The notes below the pieces were generated by a model that was given only the letters and a program-made list of their open reading frames with translations, did no database searches and had not been told where the DNA came from. A stretch of 32,000 bases of DNA from Xanthomonas campestris pv. campestris str. ATCC 33913 (GTDB lineage Bacteria; Pseudomonadota; Gammaproteobacteria; Xanthomonadales; Xanthomonadaceae): the NCBI RefSeq assembly GCF_000007145.1, contig NC_003902.1:1537436-1569435 (forward strand). Reading direction: 5' to 3'. A program made the position numbers and the translations under genes. Positions 16,304 to 24,545 of the stretch are shown one piece after another (position 1 is the first letter of the stretch; each line of letters opens with the position of its first letter).

Positions 16304-17092
16304 TCACGGCACGTCGCATCGCGCAACCAGCGGTTGCTCGCGGGCCTGGCGCAGCGACTCGGCGTTGGCTGGCTGCGCCGGTGTGTCGGGAAACACGATG
16401 CGCACGCGCGGATAGCGGCCATTGGCATCGCGCAGATTGCCCACGCCACGGAATTCCAGTAGGCGCTTGTCGGCGATGGCATAGGTGACTTCCAGGGCCG
16501 GCAGCGCCGCGCCATACCAGGCATCCAGGCTGACCTTGTAGCGGCGCTGCCCGGCGGTTTCGCCGATGCGTTGCACGCGGAACGTCAGTTGCCGCTGCAG
16601 GCTGGGCAACACGAATTCCACCTGCTGCGCAGCGCTGCCAAGGGCGGCCCAGTGCGTGCGCAGATACGCATCGAAGCCGGCATCGATGACGCGTGGCGTC
16701 TCGGTCGCCGGCAGTGCGGTGCGGCGTTCCGGCTTGCCCGGGAGCTGCTGGTACATCTCGCGCACACCGTCGCGCTGCCGCACGCCTTCGCGATAACCAT
16801 CGCGGCCATCGACCAGGCTGAAATTGGGCGCACTGCCGCCGCCATCGACCTGTTTGCGCGCGAACGGCTGCCCGTCCTTGCAGCGGTACAGCACCAACCG
16901 CCCGCCGTCATCGAGCAGCCAATGCGACTCGCGGTAGCGCAGCGCACCGCTGTCGCCATCGAAGGCATCGCCGTCGACGCGGGTGACCGCGGCGGCAGCG
17001 CCCAACGGCAGGCAGGCCAGCACCAATAGCAGCAACGGCGGTTTGGGGCGGCAAAGCGTGGCGAGCTTGGTAACGGCGGCGGGCAGGCGCAT
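16304..17092 (-). CDS. Exported protein of unknown function, with a signal peptide and possible lipobox LVLAC
   Basis: 262-aa ORF starting at ATG 17092, with GAGGAA 8 nt upstream. Hydrophobic N-terminus PPLLLLVLACLPLGAAAAV. The remainder is hydrophilic with no motif I recognise. Third-position GC is high, consistent with real coding sequence. Confidence 0.6.
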   Translation of the reverse strand: MRLPAAVTKLATLCRPKPPLLLLVLACLPLGAAAAVTRVDGDAFDGDSGALRYRESHWLLDDGGRLVLYRCKDGQPFARKQVDGGGSAPNFSLVDGRDGYREGVRQRDGVREMYQQLPGKPERRTALPATETPRVIDAGFDAYLRTHWAALGSAAQQVEFVLPSLQRQLTFRVQRIGETAGQRRYKVSLDAWYGAALPALEVTYAIADKRLLEFRGVGNLRDANGRYPRVRIVFPDTPAQPANAESLRQAREQPLVARCDVP

Positions 17093-17122
17093 CGGCGCGT
17101 TCCTCGATGACAGTCCTGACCT

Positions 17123-17150
17123 GATACGAGCGCGTCCGCAGCACGGATGC
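17123..17150 (-). promoter_or_regulatory. Candidate ECF-type promoter P2 of the exported-protein / membrane-protein / sigma / anti-sigma unit (GCATCC-N16-CGTATC)
   Basis: The minus strand reads cCGCATC cgtgctgcggacgcgct CGTATC. The -10-like element ends 30 nt upstream of ATG 17092. The core GCATC-N17-CGTA is identical to P1 at 14079-14107. Confidence 0.45.
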
Positions 17151-17540
17151 GGCGGGAGGCGTCAGGGGGTTCCTGAGGTTGGAGGATGGGCGGGCGGCGA
17201 GCGTCTGTGACAGTAATCGGCGCACGTGGCCAGGTGCGGGGTGCCGGTCGGGGTGATGCGGCTGGCTGGCGGGGGTGGGGAGCTGGTGCTGATACTGATG
17301 CCTGGAGCGGGCGAACAACCGCGCTCAACGATGTGCGCCTCGCCACCCCCTGCTTCACTCAGTGCCCTTCGGCATTCGGGGATCTGACGACGTGTCGCCA
17401 TGTAGAGGCGAAGGCGCAGAGGGCCCTGGGGCGCGTGGTTCATGCGCTTGGGCGATGCCATCATTCCGTCTGCTCGGCATCGCCGTTGGCGGCCAGGGCG
17501 CGGACACCGTCGAATAGGCGCGGACTATGCCTGCGGACCT

Positions 17541-17565
17541 GCGCAGCCGTTTTCGACCGCTGCGC
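17541..17565 (-). terminator. Hairpin immediately after the ferredoxin gene stop codon
   Basis: GCGCAGC (17541-17547) pairs with GCTGCGC (17559-17565) across an 11-nt loop. The structure abuts the TAA at 17566-17568. It is a weak terminator candidate without a U-tract. Confidence 0.3.
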
Positions 17566-17985
17566 TTAACCGACTACACGCAGCTCGATGCAATCCACCG
17601 GGCAGGCCGGCACGCATAGCTCGCAACCGGTGCACAGTGGGGCGATCACCGTGTGCATATGCTTGGCTCCACCTACGATGGCATCCACCGGGCAGGCCTG
17701 GATGCACTTGGTGCAGCCGATGCAATCGGCTTCCACGATCCAGGCCACCTGCGGGGGCAGATGGGTGCCGCGGCTGCGGTCATATGGGCGCGCCGGCACC
17801 TGCAGCACCTGTGCCAGCGCCCGCGCGCCCGCATCGCCGCCGGGCGGGCAGTGGTCGATCGTGGCCTTGCCCTCGGCCATCGCCTGCGCATAGGGGCGAC
17901 AGCCGTCGAACCCGCACTGGCCGCATTGGGTCTGCGGCAACAGGCGGTCCAGACGTTCGACCAGCGTGGGGAGCGAGGTGGGCAT
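17566..17985 (-). CDS. RnfB/RsxB-like iron-sulfur ferredoxin (orphan, with no other rnf genes in the window)
   Basis: ATG at 17985..17983 ([13 protein letters not shown]) gives 139 aa. The N-terminal Fe-S motif is [13 protein letters not shown]...HCPPGG. Two 4Fe-4S ferredoxin motifs follow: [12 protein letters not shown] and [12 protein letters not shown]. Confidence 0.8.
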   Translation of the reverse strand: MPTSLPTLVERLDRLLPQTQCGQCGFDGCRPYAQAMAEGKATIDHCPPGGDAGARALAQVLQVPARPYDRSRGTHLPPQVAWIVEADCIGCTKCIQACPVDAIVGGAKHMHTVIAPLCTGCELCVPACPVDCIELRVVG

Positions 17986-17996
17986 TACGCGGCGTG

Positions 17997-18587
17997 TCAG
18001 TGCAGTTGCTGGCCGCGGTACCAGCGCTGCTGCGCCAGTGCGAGCATGGGCCGGTCTTCGCGGCTGTCGCCATAGGCATGCACGCAGTCGTACTGCGCCA
18101 GTGTGTAGCGCAGGCGAATCTGCGCAGCCTTGTGCGGGCCGCAATCGCCATCGGCGTAGCGGCCGGTGAGCCGGCCGGCCGCGTGCTCCAGCTGGTTGCA
18201 GATCAGCGAGAGGCCATGCTGCGTGCACCACGGCTGCAGGTACAGGTCCAGCGATCCCGAGACCAGCACCACCTCATGGCCTTGGGCCTGGTGCCAGTCG
18301 ATGCGTCGCATCACCTCCGGGCGCAACACGCCCGGCAGGTCGGTGCGTGCATAGCTGGCGCCGTGCGTCTGCATCTCGTCCAGGGCGCGGCCCGTGAACA
18401 CCAGCCGCGTCACCCGCGCGCGCAGGCGCGGCGCCGACACCAGCCCGAGCCGATAACCCGCCACCCACGGACCCACCTGCCACCGTGCCGCCGCCCGCTG
18501 TTCCGGGCTGGCCACCTGGCGCAGGAACCGCGCGTAGGTGTCGCAGGTGGTCACGGTGTGATCGAAATCGAACAGGGCGAGTTGCAT
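17997..18587 (-). CDS. HAD-superfamily subfamily IB hydrolase (phosphoserine-phosphatase-like)
   Basis: 196-aa ORF. The N-terminal catalytic motif is [11 protein letters not shown] (DxDxT). VLVSGS forms motif II and [11 protein letters not shown] forms motif IV. Confidence 0.8.
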   Translation of the reverse strand: MQLALFDFDHTVTTCDTYARFLRQVASPEQRAAARWQVGPWVAGYRLGLVSAPRLRARVTRLVFTGRALDEMQTHGASYARTDLPGVLRPEVMRRIDWHQAQGHEVVLVSGSLDLYLQPWCTQHGLSLICNQLEHAAGRLTGRYADGDCGPHKAAQIRLRYTLAQYDCVHAYGDSREDRPMLALAQQRWYRGQQLH

Positions 18588-18593
18588 TGGGGC

Positions 18594-18741
18594 GGGGAAT
18601 CGGGAATCGGGAGTTGGGAATGGGAACTGCGTCGTCTGCTGTCAGAGTGTCGTTCGCGCTGCGTTGCCCTGTGGAAGCCGAGCAGGCGTGAAGGACAGGG
18701 CCGCGTGCGTTGCGATTCCCGATTCCCCACTCCCGATTCCC
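18594..18741. repeat. Intergenic palindromic element built from inverted arrays of GGGAATC heptamers
   Basis: The left arm (18594-18626) is ggGGAATC GGGAATC GGGAGTT GGGAATG GGAA. The right arm (18713-18741) is cGATTCCC GATTCCC CACTCCC GATTCCC, the reverse complement of the same heptamer series. The outermost 11 bp pair perfectly (18595-18605 with 18731-18741). An 86-bp unique core separates the arms. The element fills almost the whole metG-HAD spacer. Confidence 0.75.
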
Positions 18742-18745
18742 TGCT

Positions 18746-20836
18746 TCACCGTACCGGCATCCCCGGCTGTGCGCCCGCATCGGCGTCCAGCAGCGCGAGG
18801 GCGCCGCCGTCGAAGCCGGCCGAGAGGATCATGCCTTCGCTGATGCCGAAGCGCATCTTGCGCGGGGCCAGGTTGGCGATGAACACCACGCTGCGGCCGA
18901 CCAGCGTTTCCGGCTCGCCGTAGCTGGCGCGGATGCCCGAGAAGATCTGGCGCTTGCCCAGCTCGCCGGCATCCAGTTCGAAGCGCAGCAGCTTGTCCGA
19001 GCCTTCCACCGCTTCGCACACCAGCACCTTGCCGATGCGCAGATCGAGCTTGGCGAAATCGTCCATGCCAATAAGACCTGGATTCGCGACGGAGGCGGGG
19101 GGATTGGCCGGCGTAGCCGCTTTTGCATCGATTTTGGCCACCTTTTCAGCGCTGGCGGTGGTTGCAGCCGGTGCCGCAGGTGCGGCCATCGTGTCTTTGG
19201 AAGCGTCGGTCATGGCGTCGATCAATTTGGGGTCAATGCGGGTGAACAGGGCGGTGTAGGGCTGGATGACATGGCAAGTGAGCGGGCGGCTCACGTCCTC
19301 CCAACTGGTCATCGGTGCCGACAGGAAGGCCTCGGCCTCGGCGGCGGTACGCGGCAGGATCGGCTTGAGCGCGGCCACCAGCAGGCGGAACAGGTTCAGG
19401 CCCTGCGTGCACACCGATTGCAGTTGCGCGTCGGCGCCTTCCTGCTTGGCGATCACCCACGGCTTGGTGTCGTCGATGTACTTGTTGGCCTCGTCGGCCA
19501 GCGCCATGGTCTGGCGGATTGCACTGGCCGGGTCGTTGCGCTCGTAGGCTTCGCGAATCGGCGCCAGTGCCTCGACAAAGCGCGCGTACTGCGCCGGATC
19601 GGGCAGCGCGTCGGCCAGCTTGCCGTCGAAGCGCTTGCCGATGAAGCCGGCGCAGCGGCTGGCCAGGTTGACGAATTTGCCGACCAGGTCCGCGTTCACC
19701 CGCGCAACGAAATCGCCCAGGTTGAGGTCCAGGTCGTCGACGCCACCGGAGGATTTAGCCGCGAAGTAATAGCGCAGCGCCTCCGGCTCCAGGCCGACAT
19801 CCAGGAACGTCCGCGCCATCACGAAGGTGCCGCGCGACTTGGACATCTTGGCGCCGTCCACCATCAGGTAGCCGTTGACGTGCAGCCGGGTTGGCGCGCG
19901 GTGGCCGGTGCCATGCAGCACCGCCGGCCAGAACAGGCCGTGGAAATTGACGATGTCCTTGCCGATGAAGTGGTGCAGTTCGGTCTGCGTGCCGGCCGCC
20001 AGATGCGCCTGGAAGTCTTCGCCCATCTGCGCGCACAGGGTCTTGAAGCTGCACAGGTAGCCGATCGGCGCGTCCAGCCAGACGTAGAAATACTTGCCGG
20101 GCTGGCCGGGAATCTGGAAACCGAAATACGGCGCGTCGCGCGAGATGTCCCACGCGCGCAGGCCGCCTTCGGCATCCAGCCATTCCTTGAGCTTGGCCTT
20201 GACGCCCGGCAATGCCACGTCGCCATCCAGCCACTCCCGCAGGAAGCCGTCGAAATGGCCGACTTCGAAGAAAAAGTGCTCCGAATCGCGCAGCTCGGGC
20301 GTGGCGCCGGAGATCACCGACTTGGGCTCTTTCAGCTCGGTCGGCGCATAGGTCGCGCCACAGACTTCGCAGTTGTCGCCGTACTGGTCGGCGCTGCCGC
20401 AGTTGGGACAGATGCCCTTGATGTAGCGGTCCGGCAGGAACATGCCCTTGGCCGGATCGTAGAACTGCGCCACCGAGCGGCGGCTGATATGGCCGGCGGC
20501 CTCGAGCTTGGTGTAGAAGGCTTCGGTGAGTTCGCGATTGACCGGCGAATTGGTCGAATCGTAGTGATCGAAGGTCACCCCGAACGCGGCGAAATCGCGC
20601 TCATGGCTGGCCTGGATGTTGGCGATGAAGGCCTCTGGCGTGACGCCCGCCTTTTCGGCCGCAAGCATGATCGGCGTGCCATGGGTGTCATCGGCGCAGA
20701 CGAACCAGGTCTTGTCGCCGCGCAACCGGCGCGCGCGCACCCAGATGTCGGCCTGGATATAACCGACCAGATGGCCAAGATGCAGCGGCCCATTGGCATA
20801 GGGCAGGGCGGTAGTGACGAGTGCGGTGCGGGTCAT
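18746..20836 (-). CDS. metG: Methionine--tRNA ligase
   Basis: 696-aa ORF with the class I signatures ALPYANGPLHLGHL (HIGH) and KMSKSRG (KMSKS). A zinc knuckle CPNCGSADQYGDNCEVCG is present. The C-terminal tRNA-binding (EMAP/Trbp111-like) domain ends in GMPVR. Confidence 0.95.
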   Translation of the reverse strand: MTRTALVTTALPYANGPLHLGHLVGYIQADIWVRARRLRGDKTWFVCADDTHGTPIMLAAEKAGVTPEAFIANIQASHERDFAAFGVTFDHYDSTNSPVNRELTEAFYTKLEAAGHISRRSVAQFYDPAKGMFLPDRYIKGICPNCGSADQYGDNCEVCGATYAPTELKEPKSVISGATPELRDSEHFFFEVGHFDGFLREWLDGDVALPGVKAKLKEWLDAEGGLRAWDISRDAPYFGFQIPGQPGKYFYVWLDAPIGYLCSFKTLCAQMGEDFQAHLAAGTQTELHHFIGKDIVNFHGLFWPAVLHGTGHRAPTRLHVNGYLMVDGAKMSKSRGTFVMARTFLDVGLEPEALRYYFAAKSSGGVDDLDLNLGDFVARVNADLVGKFVNLASRCAGFIGKRFDGKLADALPDPAQYARFVEALAPIREAYERNDPASAIRQTMALADEANKYIDDTKPWVIAKQEGADAQLQSVCTQGLNLFRLLVAALKPILPRTAAEAEAFLSAPMTSWEDVSRPLTCHVIQPYTALFTRIDPKLIDAMTDASKDTMAAPAAPAATTASAEKVAKIDAKAATPANPPASVANPGLIGMDDFAKLDLRIGKVLVCEAVEGSDKLLRFELDAGELGKRQIFSGIRASYGEPETLVGRSVVFIANLAPRKMRFGISEGMILSAGFDGGALALLDADAGAQPGMPVR

Positions 20837-20930
20837 GGCGGGCGTAATGCGGGGGACACGTGATTATCGCACGGCTGCGCACGGGTCCAGGCGCAGTTGC
20901 CCACTGCCGGGAGCAGCAGCCCCGACCGCC

Positions 20931-20960
20931 AGCCACCCGGGCGTTATTCCCCGGGTGGCT
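20931..20960 (-). terminator. Strong hairpin downstream of the TonB-dependent receptor gene
   Basis: AGCCACCCGGG (20931-20941), loop cgttattc, CCCGGGTGGCT (20950-20960). This is a perfect 11-bp stem lying 16 nt after the TAG at 20976-20978. No U-tract. Confidence 0.5.
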
Positions 20961-20975
20961 GGGGCCTCCCTACTG

Positions 20976-23900
20976 CTAGAAACGATGATTCAGCGTGAAC
21001 ATGTAGCGCCGGCCCAGGCCGTCGTAGACGTTGGGGAAGGCGACCAGCTTGTCGGTCACGTTCAGCGCTGCGAGATTGACGCTGGTGTTCGTATCGAAGG
21101 CGTAGCCCACGTTTGCGTCGTAGGACGTATAGCTCGGGACGCCCAGTGGGGCGCGTGTCTCAACGGTATCGGTGAGGTCATACACCACGCTGCTGGAGTA
21201 ATTGGCACTGAGGCCGAGATTCCAGTGGCTCGTCATGTAACGCGCGTTCCATTGGAACTGACGCTTGGGATTATCGATCTCGCCAACCGCTTCGTCCGGC
21301 GGGATCCCGGGCGCAGCGGCACTTTCCAGGGTCTTGGGGAAGTAGCCGTAGAAGCTCAGGTCAACGATGCCCTTGCCCCAGTCCACATCGGCCAGATCGA
21401 AGCGATAGTTCACTTCGGCGGTCCAGCCGCGGAAATTGGTGTATGGGCCATTGGTGTACTCGGTCCGGATACTGTTGGCGACCCCGGTCTGTGGATTGCG
21501 CGTGATCAGGCTGCAGAAATTGTTCGCGTTGGGCACGTCATTGGCATTGAAGGTGTCGCTATCGAAGCAGCCTGAGGTGATGTCCTCCTCCGACAGGGTG
21601 GTGACCGAGTTGGTGATCTGGATGTCGTACCAGTCCGCCGCGATCCGCAGGCCCTTGACCCATTCCGGCTGCAGCACGATACCGGCGGTCCACGATTCTG
21701 CTTGCTCGTTCTGCAAGCGTGTATTGCCGCTGACCGAACCAAGCTGGCTGCTCGGCGCCTCTTCGAACGAGGCAGGATCGGCATTGGTGTAGAAATCGAA
21801 GAACGCTTGGCAGTTGCGCGCGCGTACGCCTGGGCGAGGGCCACTGCCAATCTGTGCAGCACTGCAGGGCTCGGGGATGAAGTAATACGCAGGCTGCTGG
21901 CTGGTATAGAGCTCGGCGATGGATGGCGCCCGGAACGAACGTGTCTTGTTGCCGCGCAACTGGACGCCCTGGAAAGGCTCGTACTGCAGCCCATAGGTGT
22001 AGGCGCTGAACCAGCCGTTGACCGTGTTTTCGACCCGGCGAATCTTGCCGGTCAGGTCCAGCCGGTGCAGGCCGGGAATGCCGGCGTCCGGATTCACCAG
22101 CGGCGCGAGGATCTCGCCGAAGTATTCATTGGTGGTGAACTCACCCGATGCGGCCGCGATGGGAACCGAGCGGCCCTGGCCCAGTCGTTCGAAGGTGCTG
22201 GGCGTAAAGCTGCCTTCTTCCTTGCGGCGCTCGTACCCTGCATTGAAGCGCAACTCGCCGCCGGGCAGGTCGATGATTGCACCAGTGATGTTGGCATTGA
22301 AGACCGTTTGCTTCATCTGTGCTTCGGCGTGGGTCGGGGCAATCACATAGTTGCGTGCGGCACGTGAGGCCACGCCTTCGCCGAACAAATTCAAGGGGGC
22401 GCAATTCGGATCGACGGTTGTGCCTGCGGCGCTGCTGTCGCAGACAATCTGCCCGGCGCTATTGCGGGTGACATTGATCGCGTTGATGAAGTTCTGCTGG
22501 ATCAGGTTGTCGTTGTAGTAGTCGAAGTTGCCTTCGCCGTGGTTGACACTGGCTTCCCAGTTGAACCCGCGGCCTGCTGCATCGAAGCTGCCCTGCAAGC
22601 CAACCACAGCGCGCCAGAGGTTGGTGTCGGTGCTGGACTGGTTTTGCACCAGGTCGCGCGAGGAGCGCGACAAAACGAAGTCCTCCACGCCCAGGTTTTG
22701 CAGCGTCTGGCGATTCTGTTCGGTGAGGAACGGGTTGTTGATGTTGAAGTTGAGCGAGCCGCTTTGATCGCCGCTGCCATCCACGGAGCCAACGCCGAAT
22801 CCAGTGGCGTTGTAAACGTTCTGGTCCACCAGTTCGCGTGCGGTGGAGGTATAGAACGAGGCCTCGAAGAAACCGGAGACCTGGTCAGTGAAATCATAGT
22901 TGCCGAGTGCAAATACCGTCTTGCGATCCAGATCGGAAATGATCTGCGTAGTTTCCTGCAGGTTCACGCCGTCGCCGCCTGACGCATCACTGATGCCGAA
23001 GTTGGTGCCAGGGTTGTAGTTGACCAGGTCTCCGTTGCGATCGAACTGCACGAATTGATCTTCATTGGCGCCAAACCCGCGTAGCTGACCACTGGCGTCG
23101 CGCACGGTGCCCGCATCGGACGGGAACAACAGTCCACCCCACGTCATGTCGCTGATCCGGCGATTGCGGATCAACACGCGTCCGGGGATGCCATCGTTGG
23201 GGCCGGTGTTGAAGCCAATGCCAGGATTCACGCGGCCGTCGTTAGCCGGCGTGCGGCCGGGCTGGAAATTGGCGATCGCGCTGGCGGACGGGTTTGCGCG
23301 GGTCGAGTAGGCATCACGGTAGAAACGGCGTGCGGTACCGAGCACGCCCTGGCTGTTGTCGGCATCCAGCGCAATGGTGATGTTGCCGCGGCCCCCGCCA
23401 AAATTGCTGCCAAGCAGGGCGGAATAATTGAAGCGCTCGTTGTCGCCACGGTCGGTCAGCCCATAGCCCATACGGACTTCGGCGCCGTCAAAATTTTTGC
23501 GCAAGATCAGATTACTGACGCCGGAAATTGCATCCGAGCCGTAGGTGGGTGCACCGCCAACACCGATCGTCTCGACCTGGTCGATGAGGATGGTCGGGAT
23601 GACATTCAGGTCCACCTGCGTGCCGCCGCCAGATGGACCGAACACGGTTGGCGGGTTGGAGGTCACAAAGCGCCTGCCGTTGACCAACGTTAGCTGGCGG
23701 TTGGAGCCCAGCCCGAAGCGCCCGATGAAATTGACACCTGCGCCGTAGCCTGACTGGTCGCCGCGGGAGGTTGCGCCAGCCCCGAAGCTGGGCTGGATGA
23801 ACAGTGCGTCGGCAATATTGGTAAAGCCGTACCCCTGGATATATTCGGCGCCCACCACGGTGGCCGGTTCCAGCGAATCAAACCCAACCCGGCCGATGCG

Positions 23901-24092
23901 CGAGCCAGTCACCATGACGCTGTCGAGCCGCTTGGCGTCCGGCGCGTCGCCAGCCTGATCTGGGGCGGTTTGGTCGGCGGTGGTCTGTGGATCGGGCGAA
24001 GACGCAGTTGCCGTGGCTGCAAACGCGGACAGCACGGCAGCCAGGGCCAGGCTCAGCGGCGCCGGCGTCAGCCGCCGGGTGTGATGGGTCAT
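20976..24092 (-). CDS. TonB-dependent outer-membrane receptor
   Basis: 1038-aa ORF with a signal peptide (LSLALAAVLSAFAATATA). The plug region has LDSVMVTGSRIG and TLVNGRRF. A long beta-barrel region follows, ending in the terminal aromatic residue (...FTLNHRF). GGAGAG lies upstream of ATG 24092. Confidence 0.9.
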   Translation of the reverse strand: MTHHTRRLTPAPLSLALAAVLSAFAATATASSPDPQTTADQTAPDQAGDAPDAKRLDSVMVTGSRIGRVGFDSLEPATVVGAEYIQGYGFTNIADALFIQPSFGAGATSRGDQSGYGAGVNFIGRFGLGSNRQLTLVNGRRFVTSNPPTVFGPSGGGTQVDLNVIPTILIDQVETIGVGGAPTYGSDAISGVSNLILRKNFDGAEVRMGYGLTDRGDNERFNYSALLGSNFGGGRGNITIALDADNSQGVLGTARRFYRDAYSTRANPSASAIANFQPGRTPANDGRVNPGIGFNTGPNDGIPGRVLIRNRRISDMTWGGLLFPSDAGTVRDASGQLRGFGANEDQFVQFDRNGDLVNYNPGTNFGISDASGGDGVNLQETTQIISDLDRKTVFALGNYDFTDQVSGFFEASFYTSTARELVDQNVYNATGFGVGSVDGSGDQSGSLNFNINNPFLTEQNRQTLQNLGVEDFVLSRSSRDLVQNQSSTDTNLWRAVVGLQGSFDAAGRGFNWEASVNHGEGNFDYYNDNLIQQNFINAINVTRNSAGQIVCDSSAAGTTVDPNCAPLNLFGEGVASRAARNYVIAPTHAEAQMKQTVFNANITGAIIDLPGGELRFNAGYERRKEEGSFTPSTFERLGQGRSVPIAAASGEFTTNEYFGEILAPLVNPDAGIPGLHRLDLTGKIRRVENTVNGWFSAYTYGLQYEPFQGVQLRGNKTRSFRAPSIAELYTSQQPAYYFIPEPCSAAQIGSGPRPGVRARNCQAFFDFYTNADPASFEEAPSSQLGSVSGNTRLQNEQAESWTAGIVLQPEWVKGLRIAADWYDIQITNSVTTLSEEDITSGCFDSDTFNANDVPNANNFCSLITRNPQTGVANSIRTEYTNGPYTNFRGWTAEVNYRFDLADVDWGKGIVDLSFYGYFPKTLESAAAPGIPPDEAVGEIDNPKRQFQWNARYMTSHWNLGLSANYSSSVVYDLTDTVETRAPLGVPSYTSYDANVGYAFDTNTSVNLAALNVTDKLVAFPNVYDGLGRRYMFTLNHRF

Positions 24093-24164
24093 GCTCTCTC
24101 TCTCCGAAGTGACAAAGTGATGCGGGAGCGCTTTGCGCCACCGCGATGAATCCTCAGTGGTTGG

Positions 24165-24179
24165 TTAACCCACGGTTAA
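24165..24179. promoter_or_regulatory. AT-rich 6-3-6 palindrome TTAACC-cac-GGTTAA upstream of the receptor gene (candidate operator or promoter element)
   Basis: A perfect inverted repeat located 73-87 nt upstream of ATG 24092, in an otherwise GC-rich leader. I cannot name a matching regulator consensus. Confidence 0.25.
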
Positions 24180-24520
24180 TTCATCTCACTGTTGCGCTCG
24201 CTTGGCAAGCGCGCATCACGCGGTTGCTTCGGATATCGGGCTGCTGCTTCGTTCCTTCTGCGCGACATAAAGCAGGGGCTAAGCGTGGCGCGCGAAGGAT
24301 TGGCAGGCGAACAACTGCGGAGGTCTTGCGTCCGAGCGGTTCAGTCCCAAGCGATTGGGTGCCAAGCAGTTGGAGTCATCTGCAGTGACACGCCGATGGC
24401 GGATCGCCAGATATGCGGGTGGCAGAAGATAGGCGTACTTCGCGCTCGCGGGAGTCTACTGGAGGGCTGCCGGTCTTCAGGCTCAGCACCGCTTCCGGCT
24501 GTTGGATCGCATTGCGATTC

Positions 24521-24545
24521 AAACGGTGGCGCCTTGCGCGCCACC
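24521..24545 (-). terminator. Terminator-like hairpin after the DUF2147 gene
   Basis: The minus strand reads GGTGGCGC gcaag GCGCCACC GTTTG. This is a perfect 8-bp GC-rich stem plus a short T-run, 21 nt after the TAA at 24567-24569. Confidence 0.5.

Noticed and set aside
17162-17464. 100-aa Pro-rich minus-strand ORF in the gene-less interval upstream of promoter P2
   Set aside because: It has no signal peptide, TM segment or motif. Coding bias is uneven, being poor in the first half. It overlaps an equally unconvincing plus-strand ORF. I kept it only as part of the finding about the gene-less interval.
18710-20863. 717-aa plus-strand ORF
   Set aside because: It lies exactly antisense to metG, which carries unambiguous HIGH and KMSKS signatures. 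The antisense translation has no recognisable domain.
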